From the NCBI RefSeq assembly GCF_009914755.1, contig NC_060937.1: 64,000 nucleotides of DNA. One strand, written 5' to 3'. Shown one piece after another: positions 40,535-53,119 of this stretch. The notes under the pieces were generated by a model, which worked only from the letters and a program-made list of their open reading frames with translations, was not told the DNA's origin and made no database searches. The position numbers and the translations under genes are program-made. How positions within the stretch are numbered: the first letter of the stretch is position 1; every line of letters begins with the position of its first letter. This DNA is from the human T2T-CHM13v2.0 reference genome, Homo sapiens.

Positions 40535-41348
40535 TTGTGTCTGGGCCTTGCTTGGGATATGGAACCTGAGCTAGTATTTAGAATTGTGATCATTAGGTAA
40601 AAGACATCATTTCCCAAAAAGAAACTCTTATTCTGCTTCTTTGTAATTCTGCTCTTACATACGAGTATAAAAAGCTCTCCCCCTTGCACTGGCATAAAGA
40701 AAGTTCTGTTTTCTCATCTCTAACTAAGTAGGCTGAGTTCAGGGTGAGATGAGATTTCAGCTTTTCCCTTTGTTGTAGTCGGGCTTTTCAGACAGAATAA
40801 TGCATTAATGGATGCACGAACACTTTTATACGATTGGCGAATTGTTCTTGTAGGAGGATAAGATGTAATGTTCATAGAAGTCAGTCTGGTCTGCAGCATG
40901 AAACCCACCAACACTAAAGTTCCACGTCGTGTAAACACCTACACCTTCTGACTTACGCTCTTCCTGGGGAGTTGTCTTTGCAGTTCATGCTTTGCTCCTT
41001 GTCATGTATAACTTTGGGTTTATTTTTTAAAGAGCATGAATTCCTGAATGGAAACAATGGTATCTTTACTTGGTTTTATATTTACCACAGTATCTTAGAA
41101 ATGTACAAGCTTCTCAACTTCATGAAAATACATTAAAAAAAAAAACTGCTGGGAATTGACTCTGAAACTCTGTGGATTCATCTTGCAAGATAATTACCTA
41201 TCCATCTGCCTTAGAAATGCTAAGAAGAACAGAGAAGGTGGCTTTGAGATCTGATTCTTTATAAGAGTAACATAGGGATGAAGAGAACCCTAAGAGGTTC
41301 AGATACTTGCTATAAGGTTCCACTGGCCCTGGAGGCTTGAGTCTATAA

Positions 41349-41675
<327 letters not shown>

Positions 41676-41746
41676 TGAGAGCTGGAATTAGGTCAGGGCT
41701 GGTATGTGAGATGCCTGTGTCTGGTATGGGACAAGACAAGGATGTG

Positions 41747-42165
41747 TGTATCAGTAATCTATTGTTGCATAGAAAGTTACCCTAAGATTTAGTGCTTTAA
41801 AACAACAAACATTTATTGTCTCACAATATCTGTGGGTCAGGAATTTGGATGCAGCTTAGCTGGGTGTCTCTGCTTCTCCCCAAGAGCTGCAGTCTGGGTG
41901 GCAGCTGGGAGTGTGTTCTCATCTGTGGGCCTGACTGAAGGTTGAACTTGCTTCCAAGCTCATTCATGGGATTGTTGGTCGACTCAATTTCTTTTAGCTG
42001 GTGAATGGAGGCCTGTTTCTTGCTTGTTCTTGACTGAAGAGCTCCCTCAGTTTCCTGCCACATAGACTTCTCCATATGGCAGCTGGCTTCCCTCAGAATA
42101 AGCAAATGAGAGCAAGAGAGGGCACTCAAGATGGAAACAGATCTTTTTGTAATCTGATCTCTCAA
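41747..42165 (-). mobile_element. MaLR LTR, MLT1F-like
   Basis: 'ttaaaacaacaaacatttattgtctcaca..tctgtgggtcaggaatttgga..cagcttagctggg'. Confidence 0.8.
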
Positions 42166-43399
42166 ATTACCTTATTGAAGAAATGACAATTTACCCTGAG
42201 CATTCATGGAAGAGATCTAAGTCCTTATCTTGTAATGAATACCTTTTGGCAATCGATCACTGAAAGCTGTGGGGTTGCTTTTCAGGCTAAGGTCCATGTC
42301 TGGTGCCAGAACTACCCTTGATAAGGCAAAAGCATCATGTACTTAATCCTTCATAACTGAAATATGGGTAGCTGTAATCTTGAATGTGCATTGAGGACAA
42401 ACTACTTTCAGCTGCCATCAAGAGTAGGTCTTTGAACCATTTGATTTTCATTGGTGAGTAGGTCCTAAAATTTCCTGGGACTTCTGAGGTTGAATCTGAC
42501 TGTATATTTTATAAACCAGTGATCTCTTTCTCTCACCCTGGGCCCAACCACCTTAATGGGAAGGGAAATATCTTCATGTCCCTATCTTAGCCATTTTCCT
42601 TATCCAAAGGTATTAAATTACAAATTATGCTACTGATATGATTGTTAATATTCCTTTAAAAAGTCTGTCTTATTTATAAAGTAGGAAGGAAAGATGGAAA
42701 CCATGAAAAAAGACAATAGATTTTATGGTGTCATCGAGGCAAAAATGACAAATTTTGCAATTTGTCACACGTGATGGAAAGAAACTCTTGAAGAGAGACT
42801 CTTGAACAGAATAATTTCTTTTACACCCAAATTATGCAGATAGATAAATGTTGCATCTCTAATGAACACAAGTAAAAGTAACCATTACCCCACACCGTTG
42901 TGTTCATTGCAGATATGGAGGTGAAAACAGTGGGCTGAAAAATGCAAAGCTTCCCCTGAAGAAGTCCTGCTGGATTTGGCCAATTTCCCTTGACATACTT
43001 TAGGAGTCATATTTCCATGGCAGGCTCAGAATTTCACAGCTTTTGTGGTTTGTGACATTGTGATTTACATGGAAATTAAAAAGGAATGACACACCAGACC
43101 AGAGGAGTGTGATCTATGAGTGAATGTGCCACTATTGAAATAAAGTATGCTTCTTTTTGAGCCTGAACAGAAATTCTGATAGCTTACACATCATGTTTAG
43201 GTCTTAACTAAGCCATAGGGCTTTATTAGTCTTTTCTTGAAGGACCTTCAAAAACAAGGTTGTTCAGTTGTACCAAAGTTGGAGGGTGGTGGCAGTGGCT
43301 TAATGCCAAGCAAAGAGCCATATCTTGAAGAGTAGGCTTGCAGTGGACATGGTAACCTGACCTCTATTTCTTTGGAAGAGAGATTCTTGAAGTGTAGAG

Positions 43400-43630
43400 G
43401 TAGTGTAGTGTGGTGGGAAGGGAGACAGTATAAGCTGTAGAGTCAGAGAACTGGGACTTATACACCCAGCCTTGACCTTCCTGGTTGCATGAACTTGGGC
43501 AAGTCAGTCATTACCTCTGGAGACAGTTTTTCTTTTCTGTTAAGAGGAAACAATAATTAAACTGACCCCCATGATGTGATGGATAAATAAAAGATTATTC
43601 ATAAAATGTGGTAATTATGCACAATGCAGT
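43400..43630 (+). mobile_element. MIR SINE
   Basis: 'gtgtagtgtggtgg..agagtcagaga..cttgggcaagtca..cagtttttc'. Confidence 0.65.
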
Positions 43631-44497
43631 TATCAGTAATTGTGATTTTCAGAGCATTCAAGGGAGCATCCTCCAGATGGTCTTTTGAAGTATTAATATT
43701 TACAACATGATAATATTTGTATTTTTGTTCCCAGACTTAGAATTTATATCACATCAAAATTAGAAAAATTATTTTCATTAATAGATCTGAAGTGTTTGGA
43801 GGGTGGCAGGTGGAGTTGGGAAAGATTGTGGGAGTTGACGGAGACTTTTACTTCATGGACATTTCTGCGGATGAAAAATAATTCTGAAAGTGATTGCTTG
43901 CTTTGGAATTGATGTAATAGTCTCCTGAAACCAGCTCTGTAGACTGCAGAGGCTTGGGATTGGGTTGGAAGAGGTCTTTGTTACTTCCTATGCTTGGGAG
44001 AGAGGAGGTGAAAGTCTTCTCAAGTCTTAGCCCATTCCCTTTTGAGGTTTGAGGTGTTTTCTTGATGCACTAGGTTTCAAAAACTTTTCTCCTCCAAGAT
44101 GTTAAACAACAAAAGAATTGCCCCATCCACCCCCACCAAAGGTCAATTGCTGGCCTTCCTCACCTTTCAGGCTCAAGTTGTGTGTGTCTTTTACCTGTGG
44201 CTTTAGTCCTGCCTACTTCCTGAACCAGTTCTGACCAGAGGAAGTGAGCAGCAGCCTCAGTGCACCAGCTGGAGTCATAGCCCCTTGAGAGCTTCTTGCT
44301 GGCCAGATCCATTCACAACACCAGGATCCTTCACTTACCCTGTTAATTCCTCAGCTTCTTATTGGTGCCCCTACAGGGTTGCTTCTTACCTCCCATGCCC
44401 TTCAGCTGCTGTGAGGCCCTGAGAGCCCCTGTGCTGCCATCTGACTTGAAGCATTGTGTGCTGCTGCCCTGGAGATGCTAACTAAACCCAAAGTGGC

Positions 44498-44905
44498 TGT
44501 TTTTGTTAAGATTCTCCAGGAAAACAGAACCAATAAGGGAGAGAGAAAGAGAGAGAGAGAGATTTATGATGAGTTGGCTCATGTGATCCTGGAGTCTGGC
44601 AAGTCAAAAGCTTGTCCAGTGGACTGCCAGGCTGAAGACCTGGGAAGAGCTGATGTTGCACTTCAAGTCTGAAGGCTATTGGGCGGGAGAATTCTCTTTT
44701 ACTTGGAGTAGGTCAGCTTTTTGCTCTTTTTAAGCCTTCAGGATGAGGCCTACTCACATTATGGAGGGCAATCTGCTTTGCTTAGTCCACTGATTAAAAT
44801 GTTAGTCTCCCCAAAAATCACCCTCACAGAAACATCCAGAATAATGTTTGACCACATCTTTGGGCAGCCAGGCCCAGCCAGGTGGACATAAAATTAGCCA
44901 TCACA
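44498..44905 (-). mobile_element. ERVL LTR, MLT2D-like
   Basis: 'ttctccaggaaaacagaaccaata...ccctcacagaaacatccagaataatgtttgacca...aaaattagccatcaca'; TSD gtggc/gtggt. Confidence 0.82.
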
Positions 44906-45224
44906 GTGGTCCTTTTGGATTTCCTTGACTGAAGCCTATCTGTTTATCTTCCCCCTTTATCCTCTGTATTAGATACTGAACACTGGAAAAGAATTGTCTT
45001 CCTTGTACCAGGGTGGTGGTTGTTCACTCTCCATCAGCTCAATCCTGGTTTCCTTGCCTTTCTAACTCATAATTCAGAAGTCCTAGCATGCTCATGTTTG
45101 GGAATGTCCTAATGACTGGTAAAAATAAAAAATGAAAATGGAGTCTTGTTTCTACAAAGGGAGGCCAAGTCTTAGCTATCAGTTAATTACCCTCTTAATT
45201 AACTGCACCATCAGTGCAGGAGGC

Positions 45225-45450
45225 TGAGTATATTGGAATGTAGGTAAACTTTGGATCAGAGAGACTTGGGTCTAAATACTGACCCAGCTTTGTGCCCTTA
45301 GCAAGTCACCCAGCCTCTCTTAGCTACCATTTCCTTACCCTTAGATGTGGATAAGGATACTAAATCTGCAGGATTTTTAAAAGATTAAATGAGACAATGA
45401 AGGTATGCAAGCTAGCTGGCACATAGGAAATTCATAGCAAGTGTATTTAC
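45225..45450 (+). mobile_element. MIR SINE
   Basis: 'gacttgggtctaaat...gcaagtcacccagcctctct...agattaaatgagacaat..ctggcacatagg'. Confidence 0.7.
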
Positions 45451-46496
45451 ACATCATTATTATTATTGCCATACCAATAATTACTACTGAAAAGAACAAA
45501 GATATATAATATCACTTTCTAAATAGGATTTTTAGTAGGGTTTCTAAATAACTCCAGCTAGAGAGCAGGAAACCATGGAAGATTTTCATAAAGAATCCAA
45601 ATGTTAAAAAACTTAGTCAAATTTATAATTCTTCCTGGAAGGAAAATAGCTTTTTTATTTTATGGGAGAAAAAACCCTTGAAATTTACTTATTGAAATAT
45701 GTCATCAAGTTCTGAGGAGAACATGAAGAAAGATTACAAAATATAGGACATATACTAGGACATCAAATGATTAATTCTGACTAAACTCAACAGATGTTCA
45801 GCAAATCAGTGATTCATTTAAAAGATGGCCCTGTTGTGTTGTCACTAGTGCTCACACAGGCTCAATAAACTAGTCACAGGAAAAACACTTAATGTGCCTA
45901 ATTTGTCTTTGAGACACCATCGTGTCTAATAAGTACACAATGTCTGGGCTCTTAATTATAGGAATTTTTTTTTCCAGAAAGTAGACAGGTTGGTATAATC
46001 ACTACTAAAGAAATATGAGACACAAAGAGGCATGGAAGCCTTATCAATCTGGCAGAAACATCTGGCAAGGATATGATGGAAGGAATGAGGTGATGGGGCC
46101 AAGTTCCCACAGCCTCATCACCTGCTTCAGGAGGAGAGAAACCACCCACTTGAGGATATTGTCATCCTTGCAGCTGAACCGAACAGTGTGATTTGGCCAC
46201 TCGCAGTCAGATTATGTCAGCAAAGGAAGAAGGCACTGCTCTTTGGGAGTGTCAGACATTCCATGAATTAAGAATGAAATAGGAAATCATTAGGAAATCT
46301 TGATATGTCGTAATGTAATTGAAAACCTAATTTAGAGAGATGCTCGTTTTAATTTTGACTTGTCTTAGTAATTAAAGATAACATAGTTTACTGATATAAC
46401 CAATATACCTCAATGTCAGAGTGCAATAAAATATCTATGTATAAAGAATAACAATAAAATGAACCCCTGTGAACCAGTACTTTAGAATTTTCTCTG

Positions 46497-46885
46497 TGTG
46501 ACCTCTAGTCTGACAAAATCAGATTTACTGGCCCATTGCAATGAGGAAAACCACATGCTGAGAATCATAAGATGTCTCACCAAACAAAGGAAAAGATAGA
46601 AGTATTATAGGATTTGGGGGAAGGATGGAGTTTAGGCTCAAAGCAGCATCAGGTAACCCAAGGTCCTATTTCCTTGGAATCTACAAAGTTAAGATAGACA
46701 TGGAAGGCTGAGTCCAGAAATCCTTTATCTGGTGCTCTGTAGCTGAGTTGTGAATCAAGAATGCTGCTCTGCGTCAAAGTGACTTAGATCCTCAGTCAAG
46801 AGCAGAATGTCTCATATTGATTTAATTTCAAACGGCAAAGCTTTTGATAGTCTATGATCTTAGAGAACAAAGTTTCTCTAAACTA
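46497..46885 (-). mobile_element. ERV1 (MER4-group-like) LTR remnant
   Basis: LTR-like composition ('tttactggcccattgcaatgaggaaaaccac..ttataggatttgggggaagg'); subfamily not assigned. Confidence 0.4.
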
Positions 46886-46899
46886 TGTGGTAAGTTCAT

Positions 46900-47480
46900 T
46901 GGTGACAAAGAAAAATCAACCAAGGAAGAGGGATAGTGAATTCTGATGAAGGGGTTTCATTTTAAATAGGGTAGTCAGGGAATGTTTCATATATAAGTAA
47001 ACCAAGGAATGACTCATGCAGATGCCATGGAGAAGAGCATTCTGGGCAGACAGAAGTGTGAAGGCTGAGGTGAGAGTGGGTCTTCAATGTTAGACGTTAG
47101 AGGCCTGAGGGTGTGGAATGGAGGGTAGGTGAGAAAACGCGGTAGGATACAAGGTTATTGCAGTAAGTAGAAGCCAGTTAATGCAGGATCTTGCAAATCA
47201 TTGTGATAATTTTGGCTTTTACTTTGAATGAAAAGTGAAGTCATTGCAGGACTTGGAGCAGAGAAACACCAAGATCTAGCTTCCGTTCTGACAGGACCAC
47301 TCTAGTTTCTGTGTTGACAGTAGACTCAATAAGGGTAGAGTAAAAAAAGCAGGGAGACCAGTTAGGAGGTTGCAACACTCACCCAGGTGAGAGAATCCAA
47401 TGTCTTGGACCTGAGTAGGTGGCAGAAGAGGTGAAGACAAATGGTCAGATTCTGAATAAATGTTGAAGAACTGATAGGAT
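46900..47480 (-). mobile_element. L2 LINE
   Basis: 'tttggcttttactttgaatga..gaagtcattgcagg..gagcagaga..agcagggagaccagttaggagg'. Confidence 0.8.
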
Positions 47481-47849
47481 TATGATGCTCTATGTCTATT
47501 CTCTTAGTGCTCACAGTAACTATTTTAATGTGCTTACTCAACTTATCAAAGTCTAAAGTTTATCACATGCTCACTGTATTCTGTAGTAATTAAAGATGTT
47601 AGAATACTTTAACTTCTTTTAAACTCTTTTAAGTCACATGTTATGACCGTCTACATTTTTATCGTCTATTCTATTCTCATATATATTAGATATTTTATTG
47701 AATACAATTGATGTTTGTTTATATTTATCTATATTTTCTTCATGATTATTTCTTCCATCTCAGATATTTAATCTAGTGTTATTTCTTCTCTGCCTAAAGT
47801 ATATTCTTTATATTCTAAATATATCCCAAGTCATTTTGTTATTTCTTTC

Positions 47850-49420
47850 AATTTTAACAAATTTCAAAATAGTTGTAGATTTGTAAAACAGTTACAGAGA
47901 GTACAGAGAATTCCCATATACACTACATGGTGTCCTCGTTTTTAACATCTTATATTACTATGGTACATTTGTAACAATTAATGAGTCACTATCAATACAT
48001 TATTATTAACTAAAGTTCATACATCCTTCAAATTTCTTTAGTTTACCTTTAATGGCCTTTTTCTGTTCACAGATTTCATCTAGAATGCAATATTACATTC
48101 AGCTGTCATATCTTTGTAGACTCCTCTGGACTGACAGTTTCTTATACTTTCCTTGTGCTTTAAGACCTTGAGACGTTTCAGGAATTTTGGTCAGATATTT
48201 TATAAAATATCCTTCAGTGGGAATTTGTCTGATATTTTTCTTATGATTAAACTGGGATTTTGGATGGAAGACCACAGAGATAAAGTGCATATTAGTGCAT
48301 TTTATCAGCATATATTACCACTATCGATGTTAATCTTGATCACCTAGCTTAAGTAGTATTTGTCAGGTTTCTCTGCTATAAAGTAACTCTTTTTCTTCCT
48401 TTCCATATTGTGCCAGAGTGAGGAGTTATACTGCACCTCCTAGAAATGAGGATATGTACATAAATTATTTGAAATTAATCTCTATGGAAGATTTGTCTCT
48501 TTTACCCCATCTATATAAGTCTGGACTCATGGAGATTTATTTGATACTTTGGTTTTAGAATCCAATACTACATTATTTTGTTACTTACGTTGTTCAGCTG
48601 TAGCTGTTGATAGTTCTTTCAGGCTGGCTCTGATGTCCCTTTGACATGCCTCTGCACCGTCCCCCCCTACATCATTTTGGTTTCTTGAGCCCTTTCTTAC
48701 CTTCTGGCACCATGAGATGCTCCAGGCTCCTCCTGTATATTGTCCTGCCCCAGTCCTAGAATCAGTTGTTTCTCTAAGGAACCATGGCTCCTTTTTATTG
48801 GAGAACGGAATTAGAAACCAAGACCTGGAACTAGATGTGCTCATTGCTACTGGGATATTAACGCTTCTAGGCCCTCTGAGCTGAGACAGCAAGAAAATAT
48901 ATGTGGGTATGCCAACTCATGTATACAGTATACACGTATCTATAAATATTTCTATATGTATCCATCTGTGTGTACATTAAGCTAAACATGAGTCATGTGG
49001 ATTACTACGTGGATCATTCTAGCCTTCTTCTTTTGCTTATCTGTAACCTCCCACTCCAACAGAAAGAAACCTGTTTCCCACCATTAGGCATCCACTCACC
49101 TAATTCCATTATACATATATCATGGTTTCAGGATTGTTAACCTGTGACTTGTGGAAAAACTTTATCTAGGAGAGTACCATGCTTATATACAGTTTCTTTG
49201 GTCTTCAGTCTTGTAATCTACACTCACTTCCAAAGTTATTTAGATCATCCACTCCCCCTTCCCACAACCTTTTTCTGTGAGGTTTTCTCAAACATTTGTA
49301 ACGCAGTTAGATTCTTTTGTCTCCATCCCACCCTGACATACCTTGACCTTCGAAATAATATTTTTTAAATTTGCATGACTTAAGGTTCCTTCTTTGTACT
49401 GTCAAATACTATGCACTTGA
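47850..49420 (-). mobile_element. L1MC3-like 3' region
   Basis: 'tactatggtacatttgtaacaattaatgag', 'ctccaggctc..cctgccccagtcctagaatcag..ttttattggagaacggaattagaaaccaaga'. Confidence 0.75.
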
Positions 49421-49424
49421 TGAA

Positions 49425-49945
49425 ATTGTCTTCTGAAGTGGTTATATCATTTTGTATTCCCAACACCAATGAATGACAGTTCCTGCTGCTTTGAATTCTT
49501 GGCAGCAATTATCATTGTCAGTTTTTTGGATATTAACTACTATAGTAGGTGTGTAGTAGTGTTATTCATGTTATGTGTCCTTTTGTGTCTGGCTTATTCC
49601 ATTGAGCTCAGTGTTTTCAAAGTTCATCCATGTTGCAATATGCATCAGGATTTTATTCCCTTTTAAGACTGAATAATATTTTATTGTATGGACAGATTAT
49701 ATTTTGTTTATCCTTTCATCTCCTGATGGCCACTTGGGTTATTTCTACCTTTTGGCTATTGTGAATAATGCTACTGTAATCACTGTATACAAGTATTTTT
49801 TGAGACCTTGCTTTCAATTCCTTTGGGTATGTACCTAAAAGTAGAACTGCTGGGATATATGGTAATTCTATGTTTAACTCTTTGGGAAACTGCCAAACCA
49901 TTTTCCACAGGTGCTACACCATTTTAAATTTCCACTATTAATGCA
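49425..49945 (-). mobile_element. L1M (MB-like) fragments
   Basis: 'gttcatccatgttg', 'tttggctattgtgaataatgct', 'ggtaattctatgtttaac'. Confidence 0.75.
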
Positions 49946-49959
49946 TTTTTCTTCACTTT

Positions 49960-52220
49960 TATAGGTTAATTTCATGGTATAGAGCATTCTAGGTTAGTGT
50001 TTTCTTTTTCTAAACAATTTAAATATTTCATTCTACCCTTTTCTTGCTTGCATGTAATTCTTATCCTTGTTTATCTATAGGTAACTTTTTTTTCCTTCTG
50101 CCTTCTTTCAGTATTATTTGTTTTGACTTTCTGCAGTTTGAATATAAGCCTAGGCATAGGCATTGCTATTTTTTTTTTTTTTTTGTATTTATTCTGTTTG
50201 GTGTTCTTGGAGCTTCCTGAATCCATGCTTTGGGTCTCATGAATTTTGGAAAGTCCTCAGCCATTTTTACTTCAAATATTTCTTTTGCTTTGTTTTCTCT
50301 TGCTTGTCCTTCTGGCATTCCAATTATGTATATATTGCAGATCTATCTATGTATCTATGTACATATCTATGTATCATTTCCTTTTGATATTGTCACACAG
50401 TTTTGAATGTTCTGCTCTGTTTTTTCTTTCTTTTTTTTTTTGTCTTTACATTTCAGTTTAGGAAGTTTATATTGACCTATCTTCAAGTTCACCGAATCTT
50501 ACCTTGGCCTTGTCAGTCTACCAATGAGCTCACTGGAGGCATTTTTCCTTTTTGTGACTGGGTGTTTGATTTGTAGCATCCTTCCTTAGAGTTTCCATCT
50601 CTCTGCTTACCTCCCCATCTCTTCCAAGTGATCTACTTTTTAAATTTCAATGCTTAACATATTAATAATCATTTTTAAAAATTCCCTGTCTAACCATTAC
50701 AAGATCTGAATAAAACCTGAGTATGTTTCTCATAACTGCGTTCTCTCTGGAGACTGTTTTGCCTGCCTTGTGGCATGCCTTGCAATACGTTGTTGAAAGC
50801 CATATGTGTTGTATTGGGTAGAAATTGAGGTAAATAAGCTATCTGAGGATGAATACGTTGAACTGGCTGTGAGTGGGCTGTGCTTAATGTCTGCTGCAGC
50901 TGTGTGCACCATAGGCATCAAGTACCTCCAAGTCCTTGTTGTGTCTCTCCTCTTGACTTTGGGTTTCCCTATGTGCTTCTCCTCAAACAGTCTGTGTCTT
51001 ATAGCTCTTTTGGTTATAATCCACTGTTATTATACTGGAGCCTTGTTGGTGTGGTGGTAGAAGGTGGGAGAGGGAGATTGTTTCATAATTTTCCAATTAC
51101 TCATCAGTGTTTTGATGGGCCTTTGTCTTGGAGCTGCGACCTTCATAAGTATTCCTCCCATGGTGTAGGTGTAGCTTTTTGCCCTCTTTCCCCTTCCCCT
51201 ACTCCATCTCATGGCTGCAGCACCCTGAACAATTTCTCTGAAGCCTTGACCCTTGTTGACTGCTTTCTGCCTTAACCTTCATTAGGTGAGACAGGAAGGC
51301 TACTGTGGGCTGATATGGGGAGTATCTCCCTCCTCCATCTGGGATAAGGTATGGGAGTTGGGCTCTGGCCAAGTCCTTTCACCTGGAGTGTAGGCATTTT
51401 GTTGTAGGACTTTCTCCTTAGTTCAGCTAAAACTCAGGTTCTTGTCATACGGTCATGAAAGATTAGGCTCGCAGAGACTTTGAAGGGTGAGAAAAATGGA
51501 ATTTATTGGGTGAAAAGGAAAAAAAAAAAAAGGGAAACAGGGACTCTCAGCAAAGCAAGAATCCTGCTAACCAGTTTCTCGCCTCACAGATTGAATTCCA
51601 GATTACCACCCAGACCAGGAGAGGCCAGTCTCCTCCCCCCTGCAAAAGACGACTTGAACTTCCCAAGGCTCCACCCTGGTGTGCACTCCTCCCAGTGCAC
51701 AGGCCTGTGGGAAGTTCTGCCAGGGAGCCCTTTTTACCTGGCTGTCTCAATTTGTTATGGAGAAGGCTCTGGGCATATTTCACAATGATTACTCTTCCCC
51801 TCCCCTTGACAGAGCCTTGAAAAGATCTTTGTTGGGTCCTCACTATGAGAAGAACCTTGTAGGGTTCTTGGAGGTAAAGCCCACAAATGCCTGCAGGTCC
51901 TCCTAGAGCTGCAGGGTATCCAGGAGTTTCTCACCCTTGTGCTAGTTCACACCCAACCTCCAGAAGTTTGTCACGACTGCCATTTAAGTATTCCTAGCAA
52001 TCCATGGCTCTAGTTGCTTCTCCTCCAGCTCAGAAGATCTCTGTTACTTTCCCCTGGATGTGCCTATCTCTCCTAATTTGGAGATGTTGATTTGGCCAAT
52101 GAGCTCAGTTCTGTTAGGCCAAAAAGCAATATTGGTTTCCAGTTTGCCCAGCTTCTCGCTGTAAGGATGGGAGTGGCAACTTCTAAGATCTTTTCATGTG
52201 AGAGCTGAAACTGGAAGTCT
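49960..52220 (-). mobile_element. old L1 (L1MD-like) 5'/ORF1 region, split by the MER61 LTR
   Basis: 'tttggaaagtcctcagcca', 'ctatcttcaagttcac'; 5' end 'tgagagctgaaactggaagt'. Confidence 0.6.
51400..51749 (-). mobile_element. ERV1 solo LTR, MER61A/B-like
   Basis: Reverse complement TGAGACAGCCAGG...AATAAA...GGAGAAAGTCCTACAACA; perfect 4-bp TSD attt (51396-51399 / 51750-51753). Confidence 0.85.
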
Positions 52221-52247
52221 CTGGTTTAAATTTTTAGTCTTTTGTTT

Positions 52248-53071
52248 TGAGGACTAGGCTCTGATTTGTTTTATCTTGCCCACATTTCTATCTAAGGGGT
52301 CTGGGGAGTCATGCCCTACAAACCATAAGTTCTCATCAGATTTTTTTTTTTTTTTAAATCCTGTATATTATGACTTACTTTCCAATCTGACTCTGACTCT
52401 GGCATAACAAGGAAGAAAATAAAAATATTTTACCCCAAATCATGTTTCTCTGCCATATCTTGAAATGGCCCTGCAAAGCCATCCTTTGTGGGGGAAAATC
52501 TGCATCTGTAAAGAATCTCTATTAACATAGCTAGATTTTTTTTTCCAGGCTCTCCCAATCCTGAAGAGATTAACTAAAAGTCTAGCACCTTTTAAAGATC
52601 TGAATAGGAAAATTTGTCATTTATTGTCTCTCAGAGCAGCCACTATAAGACTTCAAAAGAACTTTGGTCTCTACAATCTTTTATCTTAACCTGAACATTT
52701 CCTTTCTATAGATCCCAGGTCTTCCCACCAATTGTCAACCAGAAAATATTTACATTTACCTATATCCTGGAAGTGACAGCCACCCCCAGCCCGCACCCCC
52801 TCCACCACTCCCCTTTGAGTTGTCCCGCCTTTTTGAACCAAACCAATGTACTTCTTAAATGTATTTGATTGATGTCTCATGCCTCCCTAAAACATAACAA
52901 GCCAAGCTGTACCCCAACCACCTTGGGTACATGTTCTCAGGACCTCCTCATGTACCTCATATTTGGGTCAGAATAAATCTCTTAAAATATTTAAAATCTC
53001 TATGTGTCACTCATATTTGGGTCAGAATAAATCTCTTAAAATATTTTACAGTTTGACTCTTTTTGTCAACA
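52248..53071 (+). mobile_element. ERV1 solo LTR, MER4 family (MER4E-like)
   Basis: TGAGGACTA.GCTCTGATTT...'ggggtctggggagtcatgccctacaaaccata'...'tttgactctttttgtcaaca'; TSD gttt/gatt. Confidence 0.85.
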
Positions 53072-53119
53072 GATTCTTATATTTTCAAACTTTTTTCTTT
53101 TTTCAAAACACATTTTTTT

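Noticed and set aside
51400-51749. p53 response element in the MER61 LTR
   Set aside because: Some MER61 subfamilies carry p53 sites, but I see no paired RRRCWWGYYY in this copy.
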